A stretch of 45,610 bases of DNA from positions 1 to 45,610 of the IMG/VR virus record IMGVR_UViG_2853968202_000001, one strand, 5' to 3'. Shown piece by piece: positions 8,845 through 17,481 of this stretch (position 1 is the stretch's first letter; every line of letters begins with the position of its first letter). The notes beneath the pieces are model-generated. The model made no database searches and had not been told where the DNA came from. It saw only the letters and a list, made by a program, of their open reading frames with translations. This DNA comes from a virus. Both the position numbers and the translations under genes were made by a program.

Positions 8845-9582
8845 TTAGCTTTCTGGTGGCTCGACGCGCTCAACCTCGTGAATACGCAGTGAGACGTGCT
8901 CTCCACTCCGATATCCCCATCTCCCGGGACCATCGTTCGGACCGATCCCATCGATACTGCTCCCGTTATCGTACGGATGGTCCGCAGAATCGATGTACAC
9001 GATCGCCTCCGACTCGAGCGGATAGTTCGAGTTCGCGTGCCAGACCCCGCCAAGGACCCCGCCGCCGGGCTTGCGGTAGATCCCTACGGCATAGGTCACG
9101 CCGGTCGAAAACCAGTCGTAGGTTTGATCGCTCTCGGCGTCGGTCGCAACGTCCACCTTGTTATCGGAGTTGTCCCGGGACTGGATGCGAAACGTCTCGC
9201 CGGAGTTGATGAGATGCATCTCGTAGCTTGGGTCGCGATCGCCCTCGTTGCTCGGATCGCCAAAGACTGGGAACCAGATCTGGTCGACGTTCTCCCAGCT
9301 GTCGATCGTCATCACGAAGATAATCCATTCGCCGGTGTCCGGGTAGCGCTCGAAACCGGACCCGGGGACCGTCCACATAAAATTGAATCCCTCAAGGCGA
9401 AGCCCGCCGGCAGTGTAGTAGCCAGCGTCGTCGACGATCGTCGTCTCGCCGAGAGTCGAACGCTCGTAGTACGCCGCCATCCTGTCTTCATCGAAGTTTT
9501 CGAAGAAGGTGCGGTCAACACCGTCGACGAGGCCGCCGGACGATGCCGACAGCCCGCCAGCACTAGCTGGATAGCCGCGCAT
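8845..9582 (-). CDS. Baseplate/tail-tip protein (245 aa), function by position
   Basis: ATG start shares one base with the upstream stop (TGATG). Acidic, beta-rich sequence. Lies between the tape measure and the fibres. Confidence 0.6.
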   Translation of the reverse strand: MRGYPASAGGLSASSGGLVDGVDRTFFENFDEDRMAAYYERSTLGETTIVDDAGYYTAGGLRLEGFNFMWTVPGSGFERYPDTGEWIIFVMTIDSWENVDQIWFPVFGDPSNEGDRDPSYEMHLINSGETFRIQSRDNSDNKVDVATDAESDQTYDWFSTGVTYAVGIYRKPGGGVLGGVWHANSNYPLESEAIVYIDSADHPYDNGSSIDGIGPNDGPGRWGYRSGEHVSLRIHEVERVEPPES

Positions 9583-10715
9583 CAGCGGATCATCTCCTTG
9601 GTGCTGCTAAGGTCGGCGTCAACCTCCTCAGTACGCTCAGCAACCGAATACGGACGCTCGATATCGAGCGTCCCGCTCGCCTCTCCGAGGCTCTCCTGGT
9701 AGGAGACGCGCTCGAGATCTCGCTCCTCGCCGTAGTACGGGACGTCGACGCGAACCCCTGGCGGCAGCAGCCGCGGGAGGATGTCGACCGAGCCCTCTTG
9801 CTGATCCTCCGCGAGCCGATCCTCAAGAGTGCTGTCGGCGATCTGCTGACAGTCCTCGTCGCTCTCGAGATCAGGCTCGGGACCGATCGACTCCTCAAGA
9901 CGTTCCCCGACACGCGCGATCTCGTCCTCGGCGACGGCCTCGCCGCGATAGCGCCGCCCAAGTTCCTCGGAGTAGGCGCCCTCGACGACGACGGCGTTGC
10001 GGTAGTCGCCGACGTCCCAGCGTGGATCGATATCGATCCGCGTCCATCCGCTTGGTCGGACGATCCGTCCTGGCCGGAACGAGATCACGTCGGGGCCGTC
10101 CGTTGGGAGCATCGTAAAGTAGAACCGCATCCCGGCGCGGTCGTGGAGCTCTTTGAGGATCGACTTCGGCGTCCCAGAAAGCTCGATCTTCGAAAACGCC
10201 TGCGGTTCTTCCGGACTCAACACAAGTGCGTCGAACGGCGTATGGTCGCGCCAGACGCGTTCGATCACTCGATAGAGGTTGACGTTCTGCTCTTCAACCC
10301 GAACGTGACCGAAGCGGATCGCCGAGCCGGGCCCGTATCCCTCAAGGACGGTTTCGGCATCCGTGACCGATGGATCGACGCGCTGCAGCGTCCCGGTAAA
10401 GAGCGTGTTGCCCTGATATCGGACTTCGACGTCGGCAAAGCGCCACTCGGGAAGCGTTGGATCCTCGGGGACGGTCGCCTGCCAATCCGAGGAGTCCGTG
10501 TGCTCGCGGACGACATCGACCGACTCGATATCGGTGAGCGTCCGCGTCTCGCCGGGGTTGCGCTCGAGGTGGATTGAGTACCGCGACGGAACGTCTCCGG
10601 GATCGGTCGGGGAGTAGGACTCTGGAGAGCCAGCAACACCCGGCTGCGGCCCGCTGGCAGTCATCGGCGCCGGCCCTCCTGCCGTTCGTCCTGGAGGCGT
10701 CTCGGGGAGCGTCAC
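9582..10715 (-). CDS. Baseplate/tail-associated protein (377 aa), function by position
   Basis: GTG start directly after the upstream stop. Size and position are those of siphovirus Tal/baseplate hub proteins. No motif recognised. Confidence 0.6.
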   Translation of the reverse strand: MTLPETPPGRTAGGPAPMTASGPQPGVAGSPESYSPTDPGDVPSRYSIHLERNPGETRTLTDIESVDVVREHTDSSDWQATVPEDPTLPEWRFADVEVRYQGNTLFTGTLQRVDPSVTDAETVLEGYGPGSAIRFGHVRVEEQNVNLYRVIERVWRDHTPFDALVLSPEEPQAFSKIELSGTPKSILKELHDRAGMRFYFTMLPTDGPDVISFRPGRIVRPSGWTRIDIDPRWDVGDYRNAVVVEGAYSEELGRRYRGEAVAEDEIARVGERLEESIGPEPDLESDEDCQQIADSTLEDRLAEDQQEGSVDILPRLLPPGVRVDVPYYGEERDLERVSYQESLGEASGTLDIERPYSVAERTEEVDADLSSTKEMIR

Positions 10716-11591
10716 TTAGATCGGCCTCCGGTCGACCGTCACGGCGAGCTGGGCCGACCAGTACTCCTCGTTATCCATGTCGCTGCTCCCGGTGTTGTGC
10801 AGTTGGATCCAGTAGGGCTGGATCTCGTCGGGCGACCCGCCGACGGCGATCTGCCAGGCAGGGTTACCACCGGCGAACTCGGATTCGGCGATCGTCGACT
10901 GGGCGGCGGTGTCCGGGTCACCGGGCTCCATGATTGAGAGTTCCCAGTTGGTATCCCACGACGCCCTGGATCCCTCGAGAAAACGATACTGTGCGACCGA
11001 CCAGACGTGGAGCCACGAATCGCCGGGAACCGCCAGCGGCTGGGCGTAGAAGTCGCCGCTCTCGAGATTGACCGTTGGGGTCGTGATGTTGGGTTGCTGC
11101 CAGCCCTGTCGGCCGGACGGTGCGGGTTCCCGCCGACGGTCCTCGACGTCGTCGATCCCCGACGACTGTGTTGCGTTAGGCCCGATCGAGACGACAGCCA
11201 GGACGACCGCGTCGTTGCTAGCCGTATCGGGTGGCTGGGGTTCCCAGGCGTTCGCGTACCGGTACTCGTTGCCCGAGTCGTCGGTCGGCCACGAGCCAGG
11301 ATCTCCCTCCTGGACGATGGCCTCGCCAGTCCCGTCGCCGGCGTCTTGGACGAGGACAACGTCGCGCCGAGGATCACCGGACCCGTCCGGGTGAGTGACA
11401 GCGGTCGGCGCGAACTCGAGCACGTTGCCGTCGATCTGAACGTAGCCACCGTCGACTTCGGTCTCGACGCTCGAACTCGAGTCGCCCGCCGAGACCTGGC
11501 AGCCCTCGAGGACGCCGTCGCCGCGGGTGGCTCGCCTGTTCTGGTTTTGCGTCAGTGCCGTGTGTGCGTGGCCGATTTGGTACTCGTGCAT
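10716..11591 (-). CDS. Tail/baseplate protein (291 aa), function by position
   Basis: ATG start. Acidic G/D-rich beta-type sequence. Second gene downstream of the tape measure gene. Confidence 0.6.
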   Translation of the reverse strand: MHEYQIGHAHTALTQNQNRRATRGDGVLEGCQVSAGDSSSSVETEVDGGYVQIDGNVLEFAPTAVTHPDGSGDPRRDVVLVQDAGDGTGEAIVQEGDPGSWPTDDSGNEYRYANAWEPQPPDTASNDAVVLAVVSIGPNATQSSGIDDVEDRRREPAPSGRQGWQQPNITTPTVNLESGDFYAQPLAVPGDSWLHVWSVAQYRFLEGSRASWDTNWELSIMEPGDPDTAAQSTIAESEFAGGNPAWQIAVGGSPDEIQPYWIQLHNTGSSDMDNEEYWSAQLAVTVDRRPI

Positions 11592-11607
11592 GTGTGGTCA
11601 GGTCAGG

Positions 11608-12105
11608 TCAGAAGGACAGTTCGGCGACGACCTCGTCGCGAGTCTCGTAGTCGTCGGTCGTCGCGAGCATCGTCACGTCGAGCGTGACGGTGAGCCCCGT
11701 TTCGGGGAGCGCGTTCGTCTCATCGTAGCCGTCGACGAGCCCCCAGACGCCACCGGCTGGCGTCTCGTAGGCTGGCTGGAGGCCGACGAGCAGTGACGGA
11801 TTCCCTGGAGGGACCTGCTCTCGGTAGCGTGGCTCGGCCTCGAGGGGCTCGCGGAGAACGTAGCGTCCGGCCCAACGGCCGATCTCGACGACGCGGTCGT
11901 AGCGATCCGTGTGCTCGAGCGGATCGTAGCTCCGGGGACCGGCGGGATCGTGGCGGAAATTGAACTGCCACGAGCCGCTCTCGGCGACTGTCCGCGGCGG
12001 GATCTCCTCGACGAGGCCGTCTGCGAACGTGACGTACTCCTCGGTGCCGTCATAGAGATAGACATACCATGCGGTCCTCGGGACTGATTTCGGTAGATCT
12101 GGCAT
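11608..12105 (-). CDS. Distal-tail-protein-like (165 aa), function by position
   Basis: ATG start 10 nt after the tape measure stop. The gene immediately after the TMP is usually Dit in siphoviruses. Confidence 0.55.
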   Translation of the reverse strand: MPDLPKSVPRTAWYVYLYDGTEEYVTFADGLVEEIPPRTVAESGSWQFNFRHDPAGPRSYDPLEHTDRYDRVVEIGRWAGRYVLREPLEAEPRYREQVPPGNPSLLVGLQPAYETPAGGVWGLVDGYDETNALPETGLTVTLDVTMLATTDDYETRDEVVAELSF

Positions 12106-12114
12106 GAATGTGGA

Positions 12115-14709
12115 TTACGCAGTTCGATTCTTTTCGCGCCGGCGGCGGTTGCGGACGGCCTCGTCGGCCATGTCCTCGAGGTCGCCGATCGAGACGAGGG
12201 CGTCCCGCGGGAGATCGCCGAAGTCGATCATGATCGGGCGTGGCTCTCTCCCGCTGTTCTGGTTGCCACCATCGCTCGAGTCGGCCGCATTAGCCAGACT
12301 CTCGAGGCGCTGGACCTGATCCGCTTGCATCACCTGCTCGCCCTTGTGAACCACCGCACGACCGGTCTCTCGAATCCGACCACCGACGTCGAGCTGCGGG
12401 AGTGAGATTGAGCCACCACTAATGTCTGCTCCCAGTGCATTTGCAGCCGCTACAGCAGCATCAGGGATATCAATACTACTGGGAATGGCCTCGTTGAACG
12501 CGCCGCGGAACCCTTCTGCGGCGGCGTCGCCAGCCGCGGAGAATGCTGACGAGAGCGTGCCAGCGATGTCCCAGTCGTTATCGAGCCAATTCGTGAGGTC
12601 GCCGAACATCCCCGTTACGTCGCCGTATAGCGTGTCATCGCCGGTCCCGGTCAGCCACTCGGCGGCCGACTCGGCCTTGGAGACGACAGTGTCGATTCCG
12701 CCCTCAACTTTCGAGCTCCCTGTATCCGTAATCCAGCTTGCGATACTCGAGAGGCCCGAGGTGACGGAGCCGTAGAGTGAGTTGTCGCCGGTCCCGTAGA
12801 ACCACTGGAACCCGGTCTTGACGGCGGAGATGTAGCCGTTGATCGCGCCCTTGACGAGCGAGACCGCGGTCGACTTGATATACGCCGCGATATCCTCGAA
12901 CATATCGGGAATCAGCGAGTTCCCGATCAGGCCCTGGTAGAGCCCCTTGGCAGCAGCCATGATCGCGTCGAACGCGAGTTTCGCGGCTGCCTTGAGGATC
13001 CCTGGTCCTTCGTTGATCAGCCATGACCCCGCGTCGATGATCATCGACTTGATAATCGAATCACCGTTCCCGGTAACCGCATTGTAAATATCAAGTGCGA
13101 TGAACCGGATGCCTTCCCCAATCTTCCTAAAGGCGGATTTGAGAAGAGCGGGCCCGTTCGCCTCCAGCCACGTGGCCGCGTCTGATGCGACGCTCTTCAG
13201 CTTCCCGATCGCCTGATTGGCGAACTTGCGAACCACTTCCCTGTTTTCACTCAGAACATAGCCGATTCCGCCGATGGCTGCCACGAGCAAGCCGATCGGG
13301 CCGAGGACTCCTACCACAGCAGTACCGAACGTCCCCATTGTCCCAACGAGGCCAGTGAGTGGCGCTAAGAGTCCACTCACCATTGCTGTAAGCGCGCTGA
13401 ATGGACCGATCACAGTACCGAGGAGTGCGTTGACTGGGCCGAGTACCGCAGTGAGACCTCCGAGCGTACCCACAGCCGTCGAAAGTGGGCCGATAAGCGC
13501 ACCGAACGCGATGAGCAGCGGGCCGAGCGCCGCAGCAACCCCGCCGACGCCGACGATAACTGTCTGTGTCGTCCTGTCGAGCCCCGAGAACCGGTCTGCA
13601 AGATTCGTCGCGAGGTTGGCAGCCTGCCGGATGTACGGCGTCAGTACACTTCCGAACTCGATCGCAAGGTCAGCGACCGACGACTTGAGCATCTCGATCG
13701 AGCCGTGCAGCGTGTCTCGCTGCGTCTCGGCGACTTTCTGCGTCTCGCCGTCGAGTTCGGAGAGGGCCTGAGCCTCGTTTCGGAGTGCGTCGCTCCCCTG
13801 GTCGACAAGCGCCTGCATGGCCGGTCCAGCCTGGTTCCCGAACAGGGCCATGATGTCGGCTGTCTTGGCGCCACTCTCCTCGAGCTGGCCGATGATCTCG
13901 TGGAGGGGGAGCATGTTCCCCTCGGCGTCGTTGACCTTGATGCCGAGGGACTCGATCGTCTCGGCAGCTTTCCCGGTCGGGTTCTGCAGCGACGATAAGG
14001 CAGACCGGAGGCCAGTACCCGCCTTTTCCGCCTTGATACCGACGTCGCCCATCATCCCGATCGCGGCCGAGGTCTCCTCGATCGACATCCCGAGACCGGA
14101 TGCAACCGGCGCAACCTGGCTCATCGCCGAGCCGAGACCCTGCATGGTCTGATTGTGTCGGTTGACCGTACCGGTCATCGTGTCAGTGACCTTGGAGAGT
14201 TCCGAAGCCTCCATTCCGAACGCTGACAGTGTATCTGTGGCTACGTCAGTGGCCTCCTGGAGACCCATTTGCCCCGCCTCAGCCATGGCGGCGACTTGTG
14301 GCATGGCCTCCATCGATTCGGCCGCGTCCATGCCCGCACTGGCGAGGTAGTAGTACGATTCTGCCGCTTGGTTATGCGACATCGTCGTACTCTTTGCGAC
14401 GTCCCGCGCCGTCTTCTCGAGTTTATTACGTTCAGCAGTTGACACATCGCCCATTATTGATATGGACTGCTGCATCGACTTTTCAAAGTCAGCAGCAGTC
14501 TTTGCTGCGGCGCCGCCCATCGCAGCAAGCGGCGCAGTGACGCCGGCGGTCATGGACTTCCCTGCGGATTGCATCCGCTGGCCGGTCGACTCGAACGACG
14601 CGCCCATGTCCTCGGCCTGGCCCTGGACGTCCTCGATCGCGGACTTGGCGCCAGAATGATCTATCTCGATACTGCCGCGTAATTCGCTTAGTGCTCCGAT
14701 AATTGACAC
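12115..14709 (-). CDS. Tail tape measure protein (864 aa)
   Basis: GTG start. The N-terminal third matches my memory of the TP901-family TMP core (ASAGMDAAESMEAMPQVAAMAEAG, GMSIEETSAAIGMMGDVGIKAEKAGTGLRSAL). Long central G/A/L/V-rich hydrophobic region. Position after the chaperone genes. Confidence 0.9.
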   Translation of the reverse strand: MSIIGALSELRGSIEIDHSGAKSAIEDVQGQAEDMGASFESTGQRMQSAGKSMTAGVTAPLAAMGGAAAKTAADFEKSMQQSISIMGDVSTAERNKLEKTARDVAKSTTMSHNQAAESYYYLASAGMDAAESMEAMPQVAAMAEAGQMGLQEATDVATDTLSAFGMEASELSKVTDTMTGTVNRHNQTMQGLGSAMSQVAPVASGLGMSIEETSAAIGMMGDVGIKAEKAGTGLRSALSSLQNPTGKAAETIESLGIKVNDAEGNMLPLHEIIGQLEESGAKTADIMALFGNQAGPAMQALVDQGSDALRNEAQALSELDGETQKVAETQRDTLHGSIEMLKSSVADLAIEFGSVLTPYIRQAANLATNLADRFSGLDRTTQTVIVGVGGVAAALGPLLIAFGALIGPLSTAVGTLGGLTAVLGPVNALLGTVIGPFSALTAMVSGLLAPLTGLVGTMGTFGTAVVGVLGPIGLLVAAIGGIGYVLSENREVVRKFANQAIGKLKSVASDAATWLEANGPALLKSAFRKIGEGIRFIALDIYNAVTGNGDSIIKSMIIDAGSWLINEGPGILKAAAKLAFDAIMAAAKGLYQGLIGNSLIPDMFEDIAAYIKSTAVSLVKGAINGYISAVKTGFQWFYGTGDNSLYGSVTSGLSSIASWITDTGSSKVEGGIDTVVSKAESAAEWLTGTGDDTLYGDVTGMFGDLTNWLDNDWDIAGTLSSAFSAAGDAAAEGFRGAFNEAIPSSIDIPDAAVAAANALGADISGGSISLPQLDVGGRIRETGRAVVHKGEQVMQADQVQRLESLANAADSSDGGNQNSGREPRPIMIDFGDLPRDALVSIGDLEDMADEAVRNRRRREKNRTA

Positions 14710-14814
14710 CTCTGTTGAAGACTCCGGATTGCAGGATTCGTGGGCGCGAGCAGCGTGCTCGAGCGTGACCGAACGCTTAACTTACTAGTTGTTATCATTA
14801 TAACTAGAGTCGCT

Positions 14815-15132
14815 ATGGATACTGAGACCCAGGCGGTCGAACCAACCGAATTGAAAACGTGCGAGCGCTGCGAGGGAGAGTTGCCGAAGGGGACGCGCTG
14901 GAAGTGCCCTCACTGCGGGATGCGGCCGTGGCTTGATGCCGTCGTGATGGGCAGCGTCTGTGTGTCGGTCGGGTTGTTCCTGACCGTCACGGTTGTCCTC
15001 GCGATTGTCGGCGTTCCGTTGATGGTTCTCGGAGGGCTAATCGTCTTGCTCGCACCGTTGATGCGGCCACACCGCTCCGATCTCATGTCGGGGCAAGAGA
15101 GAACGATAACCGGCGACGTCGTCGAGAACTAA
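14815..15132 (+). CDS. Zinc-ribbon membrane protein encoded antisense to the late operon ('moron', 105 aa)
   Basis: ATG at 14815, preceded by AT-rich TTATCATTATAAC about 15-27 nt upstream. CERCEGELPKGTRWKCPHCG is followed by two hydrophobic spans (VVMGSVCVSVGLFLTVTVVLAIVGVPLMVLGGLIVLLAPL). It is the only plus-strand gene between 2.6 and 38.2 kb. Confidence 0.65.
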   Translation: MDTETQAVEPTELKTCERCEGELPKGTRWKCPHCGMRPWLDAVVMGSVCVSVGLFLTVTVVLAIVGVPLMVLGGLIVLLAPLMRPHRSDLMSGQERTITGDVVEN

Positions 15133-15335
15133 TCCTCGAGCTCCGAGAGATCGAGCTGCAGCGGGATCCCGTCGGCGATCGCCTCACGCTCGAGTTCGTT
15201 CGTCTTGTTCACGATGTCATCAAAAGCGAGGGCGCCGGCACGGTTCCCGTGCTCACGGGCCGCGTCGCGCTGCTCTTTCGCGTACTCCCGGAGCTCGGCG
15301 AGCGGGCCAAGCGGGCGGACAACATCGTCGGTCAT
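15129..15335 (-). CDS. Small acidic hypothetical protein (68 aa) in the tail module
   Basis: ATGA overlap with the upstream gene. Its stop overlaps the stop of the plus-strand moron by 4 nt. Confidence 0.6.
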   Translation of the reverse strand: MTDDVVRPLGPLAELREYAKEQRDAAREHGNRAGALAFDDIVNKTNELEREAIADGIPLQLDLSELED

Positions 15336-15679
15336 GCTCCCCTCTCTCCGAAAAAGTATGGCCGGGTCTCGATCGACTCGTAGTCACCACCAACCCAGTG
15401 GGCCGTCCCACAGGCGCCGGCATCGAGCTCTCGATCGGGCCCGTAAATCTGGATGTACAGCTCGTCGGCACCCGGCCAGTCAGGATCGTCGATCTGGGCA
15501 ATCGCCTCGAGGACGGCGTCGGCGATCTCTCGAACGTCGTCGTCCGACGGCGCCGAGTCGACCGCGTCGTCTAGCTGGACAACAACCTCGTAGCAGTACT
15601 GTCGACCGTCCGGCGCCGGCGGCAGTTGCTCGGCGTCGACGACGTGAGCAGTGTCCGAACCGGGGAGTAGCGAGCGCAT
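15332..15679 (-). CDS. Acidic hypothetical protein (115 aa) in the tail module
   Basis: ATG at 15679 chosen (the track ORF starts at a TTG at 15703). Typical acidic composition. Confidence 0.6.
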   Translation of the reverse strand: MRSLLPGSDTAHVVDAEQLPPAPDGRQYCYEVVVQLDDAVDSAPSDDDVREIADAVLEAIAQIDDPDWPGADELYIQIYGPDRELDAGACGTAHWVGGDYESIETRPYFFGERGA

Positions 15680-15708
15680 GAGTAGTATGAAAAACGGATA
15701 CAACTCTA

Positions 15709-16568
15709 CTAGTTGTTCTGGTTGGCTTGCTCGGCCCGCTCACGCTTGGCGGCGGCCTTCGAGCGCACGTACTGCCGGATCGCATAGCGCTCTTTCGGCT
15801 CCGTATCCCGACCGAACTCGATCGGCGTTTTCCCGAGCCCTTCGACGACGACCTCCATCCAGGCGACGCCGTAGTAGTCGTCGCGCCCGACGAAGTCGTC
15901 GATCGCCTCACGTTCGTCGGGGGTTAGTTTCCCTCGCCCTCGTCGGTCGCCTCGAGGCGCTCGGCGACAACCTGCTGAGAGAGCGTCGATAGCCCCTCCT
16001 TGATGACGTTACCGTCGGCGTCGGTCTCGTCCTCGAGCTTGAACCGGCCCCAGCGCTGGGCGCCTCGGGAGAGATCATCGCCCTCGGGGACGGTCTCGTC
16101 GCCCATCACGGGGTCGGTACAGAGCTCGGTGATCGTCTCGAGCTGGTGATCGTAGAGCCCGACAACACTCTTGATCGACTCGGGATCGAGGTTCTCCTCG
16201 ATCGTCTCGTTGACTGCCTCGTCGTCGTCGGGATCAACGTCCTCGAACGTCTCGGGGTCCGACTCGGAGAGGATCTTCATCGTCTGCCGGCGGTGGATCA
16301 CGCCGGGCTGAGAGAACTCGAACTCACGGCCACGGAACGAGATCGTGTCGACGTCGCGGGTCGTCTCCTGAGTGAGCCAGTCCTCGATCGCCTGGCCGTC
16401 GGCAGCGCTCTCGAGTTGTTCTTGTTTCTGCTCTTGGCGCTCGTCTTCGGCAGCCTCGTGCTTTTGCTCGCCACGCTCGAGCTGCTCGTCGACGTTCTCG
16501 CCACCGAGGTCCTGGAGGACTTCCTCGCGATCCTCCGGCTCCGGCGGCTTGGTAGGTGCCTGGGACAT
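15709..16568 (-). CDS. Tail assembly chaperone, -1 frameshifted long (GT-like) product (~286 aa)
   Basis: Hand translation of the -1 frame after G GGA AAC gives 72 further codons: LTPDEREAIDDFVGRDDYYGVAWMEVVVEGLGKTPIEFGRDTEPKERYAIRQYVRSKAAAKRERAEQANQNN, then TAG at 15709-15711. This stretch has no upstream start codon of its own (the only in-frame ATG is internal, MEVVV). Confidence 0.7.
15886..15933 (-). promoter_or_regulatory. -1 programmed frameshift signal: slippery GGGAAAC plus 9-bp stem-loop
   Basis: On the minus strand: GGGAAAC (15933-15927), 5-nt spacer TAACC, stem CCCGACGAA (15921-15913), 18-nt loop, stem TTCGTCGGG (15894-15886). The two stem arms are perfectly complementary. Confidence 0.75.
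15924..16568 (-). CDS. Tail assembly chaperone, short (G-like) product (214 aa)
   Basis: Very acidic protein located between the major tail protein and the TMP. Ends ...GAG GGA AAC TAA, which contains the slippery heptamer. Confidence 0.8.
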   Translation of the reverse strand: MSQAPTKPPEPEDREEVLQDLGGENVDEQLERGEQKHEAAEDERQEQKQEQLESAADGQAIEDWLTQETTRDVDTISFRGREFEFSQPGVIHRRQTMKILSESDPETFEDVDPDDDEAVNETIEENLDPESIKSVVGLYDHQLETITELCTDPVMGDETVPEGDDLSRGAQRWGRFKLEDETDADGNVIKEGLSTLSQQVVAERLEATDEGEGN

Positions 16569-16574
16569 GAGTGA

Positions 16575-17078
16575 TCAGCTCCCGTCGTTGAGTGCTGCGG
16601 CGCCGTCGAACCAGTACTTGCCCTCGATGAACAGCGTGAACGTGAACTCGTAGGGCCCGTCGGACAGGCTCTCCTCACCAGTCTGGACGCGAACGTTCTC
16701 GCCGACGCGCTTGATCGCGGTCGTGTCGTCGGTTTCATCGGCGCTCGGCCAGATCACGAAGACGATCGCCTCTTGGCGGACGTTGTGGAGCTCGGCGCCG
16801 TCGTCGTCGACGAGGCCGAGCGTCTGGAGGTCGGCGTTCTCGGAATCCGGATAGATACCGAACTCGGCTTCGCGCGTGACGTGACCCTCCTCGGTGATCG
16901 TGTACTGCGATCCGTTGTACTGGAACTCGTCGCTGTCCGAGTCTTTCGAGATCGACGTGTCGGCGTAGACATGGTCGAGCCACTCGATCGTTTCCTCCGT
17001 GGTTCCGAGGTCGGTGACGACGCCGATGTCGACCCACCGGCCCTGAAAGTTCGCTTCGGTGTTGGGATCTGCGTTCAT
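16575..17078 (-). CDS. Major tail (tube) protein (167 aa), by synteny
   Basis: ATG start. Immediately upstream of the frameshifting chaperone. No sheath-sized gene is nearby. Confidence 0.7.
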   Translation of the reverse strand: MNADPNTEANFQGRWVDIGVVTDLGTTEETIEWLDHVYADTSISKDSDSDEFQYNGSQYTITEEGHVTREAEFGIYPDSENADLQTLGLVDDDGAELHNVRQEAIVFVIWPSADETDDTTAIKRVGENVRVQTGEESLSDGPYEFTFTLFIEGKYWFDGAAALNDGS

Positions 17079-17148
17079 GGTATGTTTGCGTTTTCGTTTT
17101 CGATCGCGTTTGCGCGTAGGATCCGGTCGTTATCCGGGACCGGAGCGG

Positions 17149-17472
17149 TTACTCGTCGGTCGGTTCGCCTTCGCTGTCGTCGGCATCGCTGCCGCCGGCG
17201 CCGACGGCCTCGAGGATCGCCGCTTTCGTCGAGTTCCCGTTGACGGCGTCGTAGGTATCGCTCGCCGCGATCCGCTGCAGCGTGCGATACTTGAGGCCCT
17301 CGAGGACGTCGCGATCGACGGCCCCAGTATCGGGATCGTCGAGGCGCTCGAACTCATCGCCGAACTTCTCGAGGATGTGCTCGGGCGGCGCGACGATGAT
17401 CTCGCCGCGGCGGTAGGCGCGGTCAGAACCGGCCCACGACAGCGTGCCTTTCTGGTTGCGATATACTGACAT
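17149..17472 (-). CDS. Hypothetical structural-module protein (107 aa)
   Basis: ATG start. Acidic C-terminal tail. Lies between the tail-terminator-like gene and the major tail gene. Confidence 0.6.
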   Translation of the reverse strand: MSVYRNQKGTLSWAGSDRAYRRGEIIVAPPEHILEKFGDEFERLDDPDTGAVDRDVLEGLKYRTLQRIAASDTYDAVNGNSTKAAILEAVGAGGSDADDSEGEPTDE

Positions 17473-17481
17473 GATGATCTC

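Noticed and set aside
14783-14793. The 11-mer TACTAGTTGTT shared between the moron promoter region (14783-14793) and the GT stop region (15707-15717).
   Set aside because: Repeated 11-mers are expected by chance hundreds of times in a 45-kb sequence, and there is no additional supporting context.
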